A stretch of 64,000 nucleotides of DNA from Patescibacteria group bacterium. Its GTDB lineage: Bacteria > Patescibacteriota > Minisyncoccia > Phycocordibacterales > UBA918. Position 1 is the stretch's first letter. The number at the start of each line of letters is the position of its first letter. The notes below the pieces were generated by a model that did not search any database, had not been told where the DNA came from, and saw only the letters and a list, made by a program, of their open reading frames with translations. The translations under genes were made by a program, and so were the position numbers. The stretch is from contig JAIELQ010000007.1 of the NCBI GenBank assembly GCA_019752815.1, forward strand, positions 40,922-104,921, read 5' to 3'. Shown piece by piece: positions 18,768 through 27,858 of the stretch.

Positions 18768-19457
18768 ATGCAACAATCAGTAGCTTTCTTTGATATCGAC
18801 GGCACCATTTTCCGGTCTAGTTTATTGATTGAGCTGGTAGAAGCATTGATTAAAGATGGTGTTTTCCCGGCTGAAGTTACCGATATGTATCGAACTGAAT
18901 ACACCGCCTGGCGTAATCGAGAGGGGACATACGATGAGTATATCGGCGCCATTATTGATGCCTACTTATCTCATATTAAAGGAGTTCACTATGGAGTCTT
19001 TGCGGATGTAGGCAGGCGAGTGGTATCTCTTCACCGTAAACGGGTTTATCGGTATACTCGTGATTTGGTTGCCGAGCTAAAGAGCAAGGGCTACTACGTT
19101 ATTGCTATTTCTCAATCACCCAAAACTGTTCTGGACGCGTTTTGTAAGGAGTATGGGTTTGATAAGGTATACGGGCGAATCTATGAAATCGGGCCGCAAG
19201 ATCAGTTTACGGGAAATGTTACCGACGAACACTTGATTGAAAATAAAGCCAACATCGTAAAACGAGTATTTGAACATCATCCAGAGTTAACGCGGACAGG
19301 CTCAATTGCAGTGGGTGACACAGATGGCGATATTCCGTTGCTTGAATCAGTAGAAACTGCCATTTGTTTTAATCCTAATGAAACACTGTATAAGTATGCC
19401 AAGCGGATGGGATGGAAGATTGTAGTGGAACGAAAAGACGTTATTTATCACTTGTAA
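18768..19457 (+). CDS. HAD-superfamily hydrolase (subfamily IB, phosphoserine-phosphatase-like)
   Basis: FFDIDGTIF is motif I (DxDGT), and GDTDGDIPLL is motif IV. Confidence 0.75.
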   Translation: MQQSVAFFDIDGTIFRSSLLIELVEALIKDGVFPAEVTDMYRTEYTAWRNREGTYDEYIGAIIDAYLSHIKGVHYGVFADVGRRVVSLHRKRVYRYTRDLVAELKSKGYYVIAISQSPKTVLDAFCKEYGFDKVYGRIYEIGPQDQFTGNVTDEHLIENKANIVKRVFEHHPELTRTGSIAVGDTDGDIPLLESVETAICFNPNETLYKYAKRMGWKIVVERKDVIYHL

Positions 19458-19468
19458 ACTAAACAATT

Positions 19469-19693
19469 ATGACCACAAAACGAGTGTATCGAGATCAAGA
19501 AACTGCTGTAGTTGCTGGTGTATTATCAGGCCTCGCGCAATATTTTAAACAAGACCCGGTTGTATTCAGACTCGTGGCAATCATTCTCCTTATTCTTACT
19601 GGAGTGTTCCCGGGAGTGTTATTTTACATCGTTGCGTGGCTGATTGTTCCGCGTAAACCAAAAATGGAAGCCGACTACACTATTGTTGAGTAA
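19469..19693 (+). CDS. PspC-domain membrane protein
   Basis: RVYRDQETAVVAGVLSGLAQYF followed by a TM helix matches the PspC N-terminal domain consensus. Confidence 0.75.
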   Translation: MTTKRVYRDQETAVVAGVLSGLAQYFKQDPVVFRLVAIILLILTGVFPGVLFYIVAWLIVPRKPKMEADYTIVE

Positions 19694-19705
19694 TTAATCG
19701 GGATG

Positions 19706-19756
19706 TAACCAATCTGACCTTTCAGCTAACTGAAAGGTCAGATTGGTTAGTGTATT
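19706..19756 (+). terminator. Rho-independent terminator (20-bp perfect stem)
   Basis: taaccaatctgacctttcag-ctaa-ctgaaaggtcagattggtta. Confidence 0.7.
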
Positions 19757-19762
19757 TAGAAA

Positions 19763-20584
19763 ATGAATCTGAAACAAAAAGCGTTTGTAACAACAATCAA
19801 AAAATTTTACACGACCAACGGTCGGCATGATTTACCGTGGCGACACACTCATGACCCGTACCGTATTTTGGTCTCAGAAATTATGTTGCAACAAACACAG
19901 GTGGCACGTGTCATTACTAAATATGATGAATTCTTGAACCGGTTCCCAACGGTACAATCGCTCGCTACAGCCCCGCTTGGTGCCGTTTTAACGCTCTGGC
20001 AGGGTCTTGGGTACAATAGGAGAGCCAAGATGCTCCACGAATGTGCCAAGACGATTGTAAATGAGTATAACGGGGTGTGGCCAAGAGACATCGCCACCTT
20101 GCGATCTCTCCCGGGAATTGGTCCGTACACCGCTGGTGCTGTAGCAGCGTTTGCGTTTAATGTGTCGTCAACCATTATTGAAACTAATATCCGCACGGTG
20201 TATCTTCATCATTTTTTTCCGCAGGGAACTGATGTGCCTGATGCAGCGTTACTGCCAATTATTACCGCGACCCTCGATAACACTGACCCGCGGTCCTGGT
20301 ACTACGCCTTGATGGATTATGGCAGTCACCTTAAACAAACAATTGGTAACAAAAACACCCAGAGCAAACACTACTCCAAACAATCAAAATTTTTTGGTAG
20401 TGATCGCCAAATTCGCGGCGCAATCATTCGCGCTTTGAGTTCAAAAAACACGAGCATAACATTTTCAAATATCTTAAAAGAAATTTCTTCTGCTGATCAG
20501 GAGCGTCTGAGAGTGCAACTTACTAAATTGATATCCGAAAAGATGGTAGAAAAAGTTGGTGCTCGATACCAGCTTCCGCAATAA
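19763..20584 (+). CDS. HhH-GPD DNA glycosylase of the MutY/Nth family (short MutY-like, no Fe-S cysteines visible)
   Basis: LWQGLGYNRRAKMLHECAKTI; helix-hairpin-helix LPGIGPYTAGAVAAFAF. There is no C-x6-C-x2-C-x5-C cluster and no NUDIX domain. Confidence 0.7.
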   Translation: MNLKQKAFVTTIKKFYTTNGRHDLPWRHTHDPYRILVSEIMLQQTQVARVITKYDEFLNRFPTVQSLATAPLGAVLTLWQGLGYNRRAKMLHECAKTIVNEYNGVWPRDIATLRSLPGIGPYTAGAVAAFAFNVSSTIIETNIRTVYLHHFFPQGTDVPDAALLPIITATLDNTDPRSWYYALMDYGSHLKQTIGNKNTQSKHYSKQSKFFGSDRQIRGAIIRALSSKNTSITFSNILKEISSADQERLRVQLTKLISEKMVEKVGARYQLPQ

Positions 20585-20585
20585 A

Positions 20586-20612
20586 AACCAGGGGTACCCT
20601 GGGTAACTTTTT
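20586..20612. terminator. Bidirectional terminator hairpin between convergent genes
   Basis: ccaggg-gtac-cctggg followed by taacttttt. Confidence 0.5.
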
Positions 20613-20645
20613 ATATCTTTAATCTTCTCTTTTCTATATTCAATA

Positions 20646-21845
20646 TTATCTGGTGTCCTCAATCCCTAAGGCTAAGAAAATACCAATGACCATCACAAAT
20701 CCGAGCACAATAAACGCGAGGTGAAACGGCATAATAGCAAGGCAAATGCTCCCCAAGAGCGAGCCAGCCAAAACCGCCAGCGGTCTCGTGAGTCTGAAAA
20801 CACTCATCAAATTTGCATCCTGCCCGTCAACTTTTTTAAAGAAATAACTTTCGGTGGTGACTTCAGTTAGGCTGGCGCCGATACGACTGATAAACGCGAG
20901 TATCATCCAAGGGAGTATGCTGGTAGCTGTCATAAATGAAATGCTGGAAACAGTCAGTGCTAAAATCAAGAATCCGATCGCCATCATTTCTTTTTCACCA
21001 AAATAATCATCCGCTAAAATACCTATCGGGTATTCAAATAGCACGTAGGCCAGCAACCCCGAAGCAATAATGGCGCCGATTGATGACCAGGGTAAGTTAA
21101 GTACGCTCGCCAGATAGAGAGGAATATAGACAACGGTCCAGGTAAAAAATACTTGCACTAAAAAGTGAGCAGATAGTACCAGCTTGAGTGCCTTGCTCTC
21201 CCAGCACTGTTTTAAAAGCGGGCGAAACTGTACGCGGTGGTAGAGCGGATCCACAAAGCCCCTAAATGCCAATATGACAATCAAGCTAAACACCACCCCA
21301 ACACCAATCGCAATAAAATACAGTTGCGCTAAATTATCACCGTCACCGACTAAATAGCTAATGGTGAGTGGGGCACAGAGCGCAGCCAGACTCATGAGTG
21401 ACAACGTCATCCCCCTAACATGCCCCGTTGCTCCTTCGTTTTTACCAATCAACGTTTCCGAGAAAATATCCATCGACAGGTACATCAGAGGGTTAATGAT
21501 AAGAAACAGTATGAGTCCAATCACTACTGATGGTGAAGATAGGGCTACTCCCATCATAGCCAGTGTTCCAATGGAAATAACCATAAGTCCTAATGTCACC
21601 AGTACATTACCAAACCGTTGTAATACTGAAGGCAGGAGGATAAATAGGAGCAATGATCCAATGGAACCGATCGAATACAGTAGTCCAATATGCTTGAGGT
21701 CTATAAAATTTCCGAGGTAGGTAGGGCTAGTGTACGACACAAGTAGTGTGTGAAAGTTAAAAACAACCGCCAGGAGATAGACAAACCAGAATTTAATTTT
21801 GTGTTTCGGAACAGAGTTTGGTTCGGGTCGCCGGTAAAAGTACAT
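20646..21845 (-). CDS. MFS transporter
   Basis: 12 TM-type hydrophobic segments. The likely start is MYFYRRPEP. Confidence 0.7.
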   Translation of the reverse strand: MYFYRRPEPNSVPKHKIKFWFVYLLAVVFNFHTLLVSYTSPTYLGNFIDLKHIGLLYSIGSIGSLLLFILLPSVLQRFGNVLVTLGLMVISIGTLAMMGVALSSPSVVIGLILFLIINPLMYLSMDIFSETLIGKNEGATGHVRGMTLSLMSLAALCAPLTISYLVGDGDNLAQLYFIAIGVGVVFSLIVILAFRGFVDPLYHRVQFRPLLKQCWESKALKLVLSAHFLVQVFFTWTVVYIPLYLASVLNLPWSSIGAIIASGLLAYVLFEYPIGILADDYFGEKEMMAIGFLILALTVSSISFMTATSILPWMILAFISRIGASLTEVTTESYFFKKVDGQDANLMSVFRLTRPLAVLAGSLLGSICLAIMPFHLAFIVLGFVMVIGIFLALGIEDTR

Positions 21846-21934
21846 ATTGTATAAGTGTACTAGAGGGTGGGGTAATATTGAATCTGGATTAGTGAATAGA
21901 GAAAATGATGATTCGTATGTGATAAAATTCAACT

Positions 21935-22201
21935 ATGGGTATTCTCTCCCGCTATAAAAAAGTATTAATTGACACTGAACTTCAGTATAAGAGTATCGGC
22001 TCGATAGCTTGTCCGTACTTCAAGAAAGCGGTTGTTTTTAATTCTGACGGATTCCACCATCTGCGGTATAAGGTTGCAGGGAGTGAGAGGGAAAAATCAG
22101 CACAGCTATATAAGTTTAGTTTACTTGTAAGTGCGATAGAAATTATAGGTGCTTCAGGCATGCTCCAGCAATACAGAAAACAGTGGGGCAGTCGGTCGTA
22201 A
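21935..22201 (+). CDS. Hypothetical protein (may be fused with the next ORF)
   Basis: 88-aa ORF. It overlaps the following ORF in another frame. Confidence 0.3.
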   Translation: MGILSRYKKVLIDTELQYKSIGSIACPYFKKAVVFNSDGFHHLRYKVAGSEREKSAQLYKFSLLVSAIEIIGASGMLQQYRKQWGSRS

Positions 22202-22226
22202 AAAGAATACTGATGGATCACGCGTT

Positions 22227-22412
22227 ATGAAAGAAATGGAGCACTTTGCTTTTGAGGGGATATTAGGCAAAGGTTCGTCAATGATGAGAATTAAGGCTAT
22301 TGTGCGCAAAGTCGGCAATGGTGAACCGCATTTTTGGAGTGTGATGTCTGATGCTGATCTGAAAAGAAAATCATCATATAAATTAGCCTCTGATGATGTG
22401 CTAGATCAGTAG
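22227..22412 (+). CDS. Hypothetical small protein
   Basis: ATG-initiated 61-aa ORF followed by a strong terminator. Confidence 0.25.
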   Translation: MKEMEHFAFEGILGKGSSMMRIKAIVRKVGNGEPHFWSVMSDADLKRKSSYKLASDDVLDQ

Positions 22413-22419
22413 GTACAAA

Positions 22420-22448
22420 AATACCCCTCGCAAGAGGGGTGTTTTTGT
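22420..22448 (+). terminator. Rho-independent terminator
   Basis: acccctc-gcaa-gaggggt followed by gtttttgt. Confidence 0.7.
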
Positions 22449-22641
22449 ATGCCTGCCTTCAGCTTACAGAATATGTTGGCTGAACGGGGCTTTCGCCCAC
22501 AGGCACTAAAATATATTACTTTAATACCGCAAAAGATCAAGCTCGTATTTAGCTTTAAATTCTTTGCTTTCTAAATAAAAATAACACCTGTAACGTCGAT
22601 ATTTTTGATATTTCTATATTAAGAGTTGTATCTAACGGTTT

Positions 22642-22681
22642 AAACAAAACACCGCAAACGAAGTTTGCGGTGTTTTGTTTT
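22642..22681. terminator. Bidirectional terminator hairpin, downstream of rnj on the - strand
   Basis: aaacaaaacaccgcaaac-gaag-tttgcggtgttttgttt, with A/T runs on both sides. Confidence 0.65.
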
Positions 22682-22708
22682 CTTTAACTTTAAAAAGTGA
22701 TCGATGGA

Positions 22709-22820
22709 CTTTCAGAAATGAGTGCAGTGCTAGGAGTGCAAGAAAATTTTATGGAGACGTACTGCTTGTACGGCGGAATAAAATTTTCGCAGCAACGACA
22801 ACGCAATGTGCCGTTTCTGG
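22709..22820 (-). repeat. Family-B MITE/REP-like element (copy 4, inverted)
   Basis: Nearly identical to the reverse complement of the 47328-47442 copy: ttcagaaatgagtgcagtgctaggagtgcaag...gacgtactgcttgtacggcgg...cgcagcaacgacaacgcaatgtgccgtttctgg. Confidence 0.7.
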
Positions 22821-22829
22821 AAGTTCACG

Positions 22830-24881
22830 TTAGATACCAATCAAAACCGGAATAACCATCGGTGATTTTTGAGTTCGTTGCATCAAGAAACTCTGGACGG
22901 TCTCAGTCAATTCATCTTTAACGTAATCCAAATCAATCGGATTCATCCGTTCAGTGTGCTTTTCGATAGTCTTTTTAATCAAGACTCGCGCTTCAGACAA
23001 TAGTTGTTGGTTTTCACGGAGGTAGACGAAACCACGAGAGATAATGTCTGGTGATTTGCGGAGTTTACCGGTTTTGCCGTTTACGGTCGCGATAATCACA
23101 AACATACCGTCTTCGGCGAGGGACATACGGTCACGCAACACTACTTCTTGACGCGTACCAACGGTGAATCCATCAACCAGTACTTGCTCGTTAGGAATCT
23201 TTACCTTGTGACGAATGAGCTCAGTACCGTTCTTAATATCAATAATGGTTCCATTGTCAGGGACCACGATATTTTCGCGGGGGAAGCCATTTTCAGCGGC
23301 TACAAACATGTGTGTCTTTAAGTGGTAGTGGTGTCCGTGTACCGGAATAAGGAAACGTGGCTTAACCGCTTTGTTTACCCAAATCAATTCACCCGAGTTA
23401 CCGTGACCAGAGGCGTGCACGTGTGAACCTTGGAAGTTCATCACCCGTACGTTTTGACGGTAAATATTGTCTTTTAGTTTCTGCACGGCGATTTCGTTAC
23501 CGGGAATAACTGATGAAGACAATACAATGGTGTCACGTTCAGTCAGCACAATTTGTTTATGTTTACCGGTCGCCATTCGCATAAGGGCGGCAAACTCTTC
23601 ACCCTGGGCACCGGTTGAGAGTACGACAATTTTATCAGCCGGGTAATTAGGAATGTCGTTTGCTGAAATAAAGGTATCTGGTTTTACTTCAATCAATTTT
23701 GCGGTAATGGCGATATCAATATTAGTTTTGATACTGCGCCCTTCCATGACCACTTTTTTGCCCATGGTTTCACAACTTTGAATCACTGATACCAATCGGT
23801 CAAACTGTGACGCGAACGTACCAATAATCAATCGTCCACGAGTAGTGCGAATGATTTCATCCAGGGTCTTGTATACCTTGGCCTCAGCGACTGAATAGCC
23901 GGCGCGGTCGGCGTTGGTGGAGTCACACAACAGAGCAATGTTGTTGTGGGTACCAACTTCTTCCCAGACTTCTTTTTCTTCGATAACGATATTGTTATTG
24001 TCGTCAGTGACAACCTTGATGTCGCCCGTAATAACAATGTCACCGTGTTTGGTTTCAACAGCGAGACCCATCGCATCAGGAATCGAGTGCGTAACCGGGA
24101 AGGTGCGAATGCGCAATTTACCCACGGTAAAGGCCTCGCCTTCTTTGACGATATGCATGTCAATTGGTGCAATGTGTGGAAATTCTTCCTGACGTTTGAG
24201 GATCATCAGTGACGTGAGATACTGTGTGTACATTGGTGGGTTACCAATACGCTCGTAGAGGAAGGGAATACCACCGATGTGGTCGAGGTGACCATGGGTA
24301 ATAACCATCGCGCGAATTTTGTCTTTTCGTTCCTCAAGATACTGTGTGTTTGGGAGAATGTATTGAATTCCAGGGGCGTTACTTTCTTCAGATACGAACC
24401 CAAAGCCGGCATCAATCACGATGATGTCGTCTTTAGTCTCAATAATGTTCATGTTGCGTCCAATTTCTTCTACACCGGATACGGTAATGATGCGGACAGT
24501 GTCTTCGTCAGTAATTTCAGGAAGAATCGGATTCTTTTCGTCTGTGACCGTCATACGGTGAGTCAGCGCCGGACTGGTCATTGGACGGCGGTTGTTGCCA
24601 CCACTACGTCGTTTGTTATTGCGGCCTGACTTTTTAGCGCCAGCTGTGCCCGTATGGTTACTGCGTCCACCACTGTGTGGTCGGGAGCCAGTATGTGCTC
24701 CAGCCGGGCGCGGGTGAGTAGCTGTTGCTGGTTGTGCACCGGTCGCACCGGTAGCGACTGCTGGCCGCGGGCCACGATTTTGAGACCGGTTGAAATAGCG
24801 GCGGGCGGGGCGGGCTCCTCCCGTAGTACCTGGGGTACTTGGGCGTGGGGTTGGGTTGTTGTTTGATTGTTCGTTGTTCAT
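22830..24881 (-). CDS. rnj: Ribonuclease J (metallo-beta-lactamase/beta-CASP) with a ~130-aa R/G/P-rich low-complexity N-terminal extension
   Basis: ITHGHLDHIGG is the HxHxDH motif; beta-CASP motifs; C-terminal domain. The N-terminus (NNEQSNNNPTPRPSTPGTTGGARPARR...) is low-complexity and basic. Confidence 0.9.
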   Translation of the reverse strand: MNNEQSNNNPTPRPSTPGTTGGARPARRYFNRSQNRGPRPAVATGATGAQPATATHPRPAGAHTGSRPHSGGRSNHTGTAGAKKSGRNNKRRSGGNNRRPMTSPALTHRMTVTDEKNPILPEITDEDTVRIITVSGVEEIGRNMNIIETKDDIIVIDAGFGFVSEESNAPGIQYILPNTQYLEERKDKIRAMVITHGHLDHIGGIPFLYERIGNPPMYTQYLTSLMILKRQEEFPHIAPIDMHIVKEGEAFTVGKLRIRTFPVTHSIPDAMGLAVETKHGDIVITGDIKVVTDDNNNIVIEEKEVWEEVGTHNNIALLCDSTNADRAGYSVAEAKVYKTLDEIIRTTRGRLIIGTFASQFDRLVSVIQSCETMGKKVVMEGRSIKTNIDIAITAKLIEVKPDTFISANDIPNYPADKIVVLSTGAQGEEFAALMRMATGKHKQIVLTERDTIVLSSSVIPGNEIAVQKLKDNIYRQNVRVMNFQGSHVHASGHGNSGELIWVNKAVKPRFLIPVHGHHYHLKTHMFVAAENGFPRENIVVPDNGTIIDIKNGTELIRHKVKIPNEQVLVDGFTVGTRQEVVLRDRMSLAEDGMFVIIATVNGKTGKLRKSPDIISRGFVYLRENQQLLSEARVLIKKTIEKHTERMNPIDLDYVKDELTETVQSFLMQRTQKSPMVIPVLIGI

Positions 24882-24902
24882 AAATGTTTTGTTAATTATT
24901 CA

Positions 24903-26640
24903 TTATTTAAAAATTGGCCAAATTGTGTCCGTTTCGGTATTCCACTCATTTGCATTCATGAACCTATCGTGCGGTCTGCTCAATCGTTTCATTGGCGGAA
25001 TATTGATATCGCGATCAAGGACGTAGGTAAGATTAGGTACATAGAGGAAGGCGGCCGGTGTTTCGCGCGCAATGATCTGGAGTGCTCCTAGGGTAGCAGT
25101 GTTTTGGGCTTCGGTACTGGTAGCTACACGTGCTCGTTCGAGCAATCGGTCTACTTCAATGTTGGCGTATTGTGAAATATTCAAGCCTGGGTCTTCGCGT
25201 TGTGAGGAGTGCCAAAATGGATAGAGATCCACTGCTCGGTTCATATCAAGTCCAAATAACAGACTTTCAAAATCTCGGGGGCGAATAACTGCTTGTAAGA
25301 GGTCACTTTGTTCGAATTCTTCGATCTGTACGGTCACACCAAGGTCACGCCACGCGCGGGCAATTACTTCGGTGGTGGCTTCAAACGCTGGGGTATTGGC
25401 GGTTTTAAGCGTGAGCGTCAAGGGTACCACCTCACCATCAATTCGTTTTTCCCAGGCCCCAGTGTTGTTTTTGACCCAACCGGCGCGCGATAAGATTGAT
25501 TCGGCGCGACTTTGCGGGGTACTGGTGCCACTTGGTTCAACGGTTTGGCTCGGTGATTGGAGTGCGGGGTGATTTGGTGGTACGGGGTTATTGGTGGGGA
25601 TACCAAATCCTGACAAGGCAGTATCTACCAAAACATCGCGATCAATAGCGGTGGTGAGAGCTAAACGAACCGCCGTGTCTCGCAACGCGGGAGAACGATT
25701 TTGGTTAAAAAATACAGCAAAAACTCGTGGTAGTGGCTCGGTCACTACCTGGTAGTCACTTGAATCGACAATTGTAGCCACAAAGGCGCTTGGTAATTGT
25801 GCTGAACTGGTGATTTCTTTGGCGTCAAACGCTTGCTGCAACTCATCTTCATTTTGATAAAAATGGACACGTATCTCACTTAAAATCACCGATTCGTTGT
25901 CGGTAAATTTTTTGAGTTCATAGACCGAAATCAAACCGGCTTCATCACGAGTTATGTCATCAATTTGGAACGGACCAGAACCAATTGGTTCGGTATTGAA
26001 CATACTAAACGGCACTTGTTCAACCGGTATAGTGCTCCAAATGTGTTTCGGTAAAATACCAAGGGTAAAGTTTTCAATAAACGGGGTGTAGGCCTGGTTG
26101 AGTAAAATGTTTAACTCGTACTCACCAATTTCTTCGACAGTCACATCAGACCAGTTACCACGGAGCGGACTCTTTAAGTCAGCATTTTGAATTAACCCAA
26201 TCGTGAATGCTACATCACGAGCAGTGAGTGGGGTTCCGTCATGGAAACGTATATTGTTACGAATGATCACGTTGTACGTTTTGCCGTCATCAGAAACGGT
26301 GATGCTTTCCGCCATGTCAGGCACGAGGTTGCCTTCGGGGTCAATTCTCATCAAGCCACTGTACAGCAGTGCCGTCATATCAAGGTCAGCGCGCGTGACC
26401 GCAAGTGCTGGGTTCACAAAGCGGGGAATTCCAATGACTCCTTCGGAGATTGTGCCACCAGCGACCGGAGCTTCCTGGCTAATGGCCGTACTGTACAAAA
26501 TAGCCGCCGAGACCAATGATCCAATAAAGGTAAAGAATAGAATTCGAAGAATAAGCCGATCACTCGGTCGGGTGTTCTCAATCGTGCCGATAAGATGGCC
26601 AAATAGACTTATTTTTGGGTGCGGAAAACGCAATTTCATA
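24903..26640 (-). CDS. ABC transporter substrate-binding protein, family 5 (OppA/DppA-like), membrane-anchored
   Basis: SBP_bac_5-like pattern (GGTISEGVIGIPRFVNPA...YNVIIRNNIRFHDGTPLTARDVAFTI) with an N-terminal TM segment. The likely start is MKLRFPH. Confidence 0.8.
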
Positions 26641-26735
26641 CTCAATAGATACTCAAAGCAAAAAGCAGACTCGGGCGACTTACCAATAGGTACTTTGTGT
26701 AGTGGCACGTATTATACCGTGCTCATCTTCGTTTA

Positions 26736-26975
26736 TTAGACGAGGATGTTTAAAAGTGCAGATAGGACAAAGAGAATCGCAATACCAACAGAAAACTTGA
26801 ACAAGAAAAGCTCGGCGCCACGGCGCTTGTGAAAAGCAGAACTGAAGTTGTCACCTCCAAAGGCTCCACCTAAACTCGATCCTCGTTGTTGCAGTAATAT
26901 AGCGGCAATCAGTAGGACAGAGAGAATTATCTGTACGAATGGGAGTGCCGGTTGCACTGTTTGTATGATTTCCAT
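26736..26975 (-). CDS. secG: Preprotein translocase subunit SecG
   Basis: 79 aa; LLQQRGSSLGGAFGG...FHKRRGAELFLFKFSV matches the SecG consensus, with two TM helices. Confidence 0.7.
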   Translation of the reverse strand: MEIIQTVQPALPFVQIILSVLLIAAILLQQRGSSLGGAFGGDNFSSAFHKRRGAELFLFKFSVGIAILFVLSALLNILV

Positions 26976-27115
26976 GTGAGAACTATCATAGCATAAATAT
27001 GTTTAGAGTAAATAGGGGAGTCGGTAAATAGTAGCAACTGAGCTGATTTGATTTTATAAGGAATTATTGTACTATTTTAATTAGGTGCAATGAGGTAATC
27101 AAAAAGGAGTTCATA

Positions 27116-27724
27116 ATGAATGCGCAAAACGCTGACGTCGTTTTGAGTCAGTCCAAGTATCCGCACTCGGCCCAAGTAGCCTTTGTGGAGTCTGTGCTTG
27201 GCAGTAGTCATATTTCCCCCTTCGAAGTGAGCGCTCATTTCGGGTGGAGCTACACGCAACAGCAAATAGACGACCTGTATGCAGTGCTGAATAAGGATGA
27301 AACTCCGTTTTGGCTTTCGGCCAATCAGTGTGTCCTTATCCCGCTGCCACCAACACCCATGGATATTCGTGAAGTATTACATCTTGCTAGTCCGGCATCA
27401 GGCTCTAAGCCACTAGATTTTGCAGAACCCGTCGCTCCCATTTACGGTGGGTGGTTGGTCATTCGGTACGGAGATGTTGCGTCAGTCAGCGAAATGTCTC
27501 GGTCTGCTGAGCGGATGCTAAATATAGCTGAAGTTGTCTACGGTGTTACCTTGTATCATAAGTTACGAGGCGTCAATCTACTGGAAGCCAGTTATGCTCT
27601 GACGGCAACTCGACTTGGTGACGGGAAATGGGCTCATGTCGCGTATCCCGGAGCGGAACACTTTGTTGTCAAAGGAATCTGGGCGAATGATCGTTGGGAG
27701 TATATAAGCGGTCTCACGCTCTAA
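27116..27724 (+). CDS. Hypothetical protein
   Basis: 202-aa ORF; no family recognised. Confidence 0.35.
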   Translation: MNAQNADVVLSQSKYPHSAQVAFVESVLGSSHISPFEVSAHFGWSYTQQQIDDLYAVLNKDETPFWLSANQCVLIPLPPTPMDIREVLHLASPASGSKPLDFAEPVAPIYGGWLVIRYGDVASVSEMSRSAERMLNIAEVVYGVTLYHKLRGVNLLEASYALTATRLGDGKWAHVAYPGAEHFVVKGIWANDRWEYISGLTL

Positions 27725-27749
27725 TGTAACCAGTTGATCAAAAACAGCA

Positions 27750-27782
27750 AACCCTGCCACCCCACGTGTGGCAGGGATTTTA
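27750..27782 (+). terminator. Rho-independent terminator
   Basis: ccctgccac-cccacg-tgtggcaggg followed by atttt. Confidence 0.7.
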
Positions 27783-27858
27783 CATCTAGACAAAATCAAA
27801 ATCCCATCGTATAGCCTTGCAATTTTGAATAATAGGTATACTATTCATATTAAGAAGC

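Noticed and set aside
21935-22412. Considered calling the two overlapping small ORFs a frameshifted toxin-antitoxin or defence gene
   Set aside because: No recognisable family motif appears in either ORF, and the overlap contains no homopolymer. There is insufficient evidence beyond the ORF geometry.
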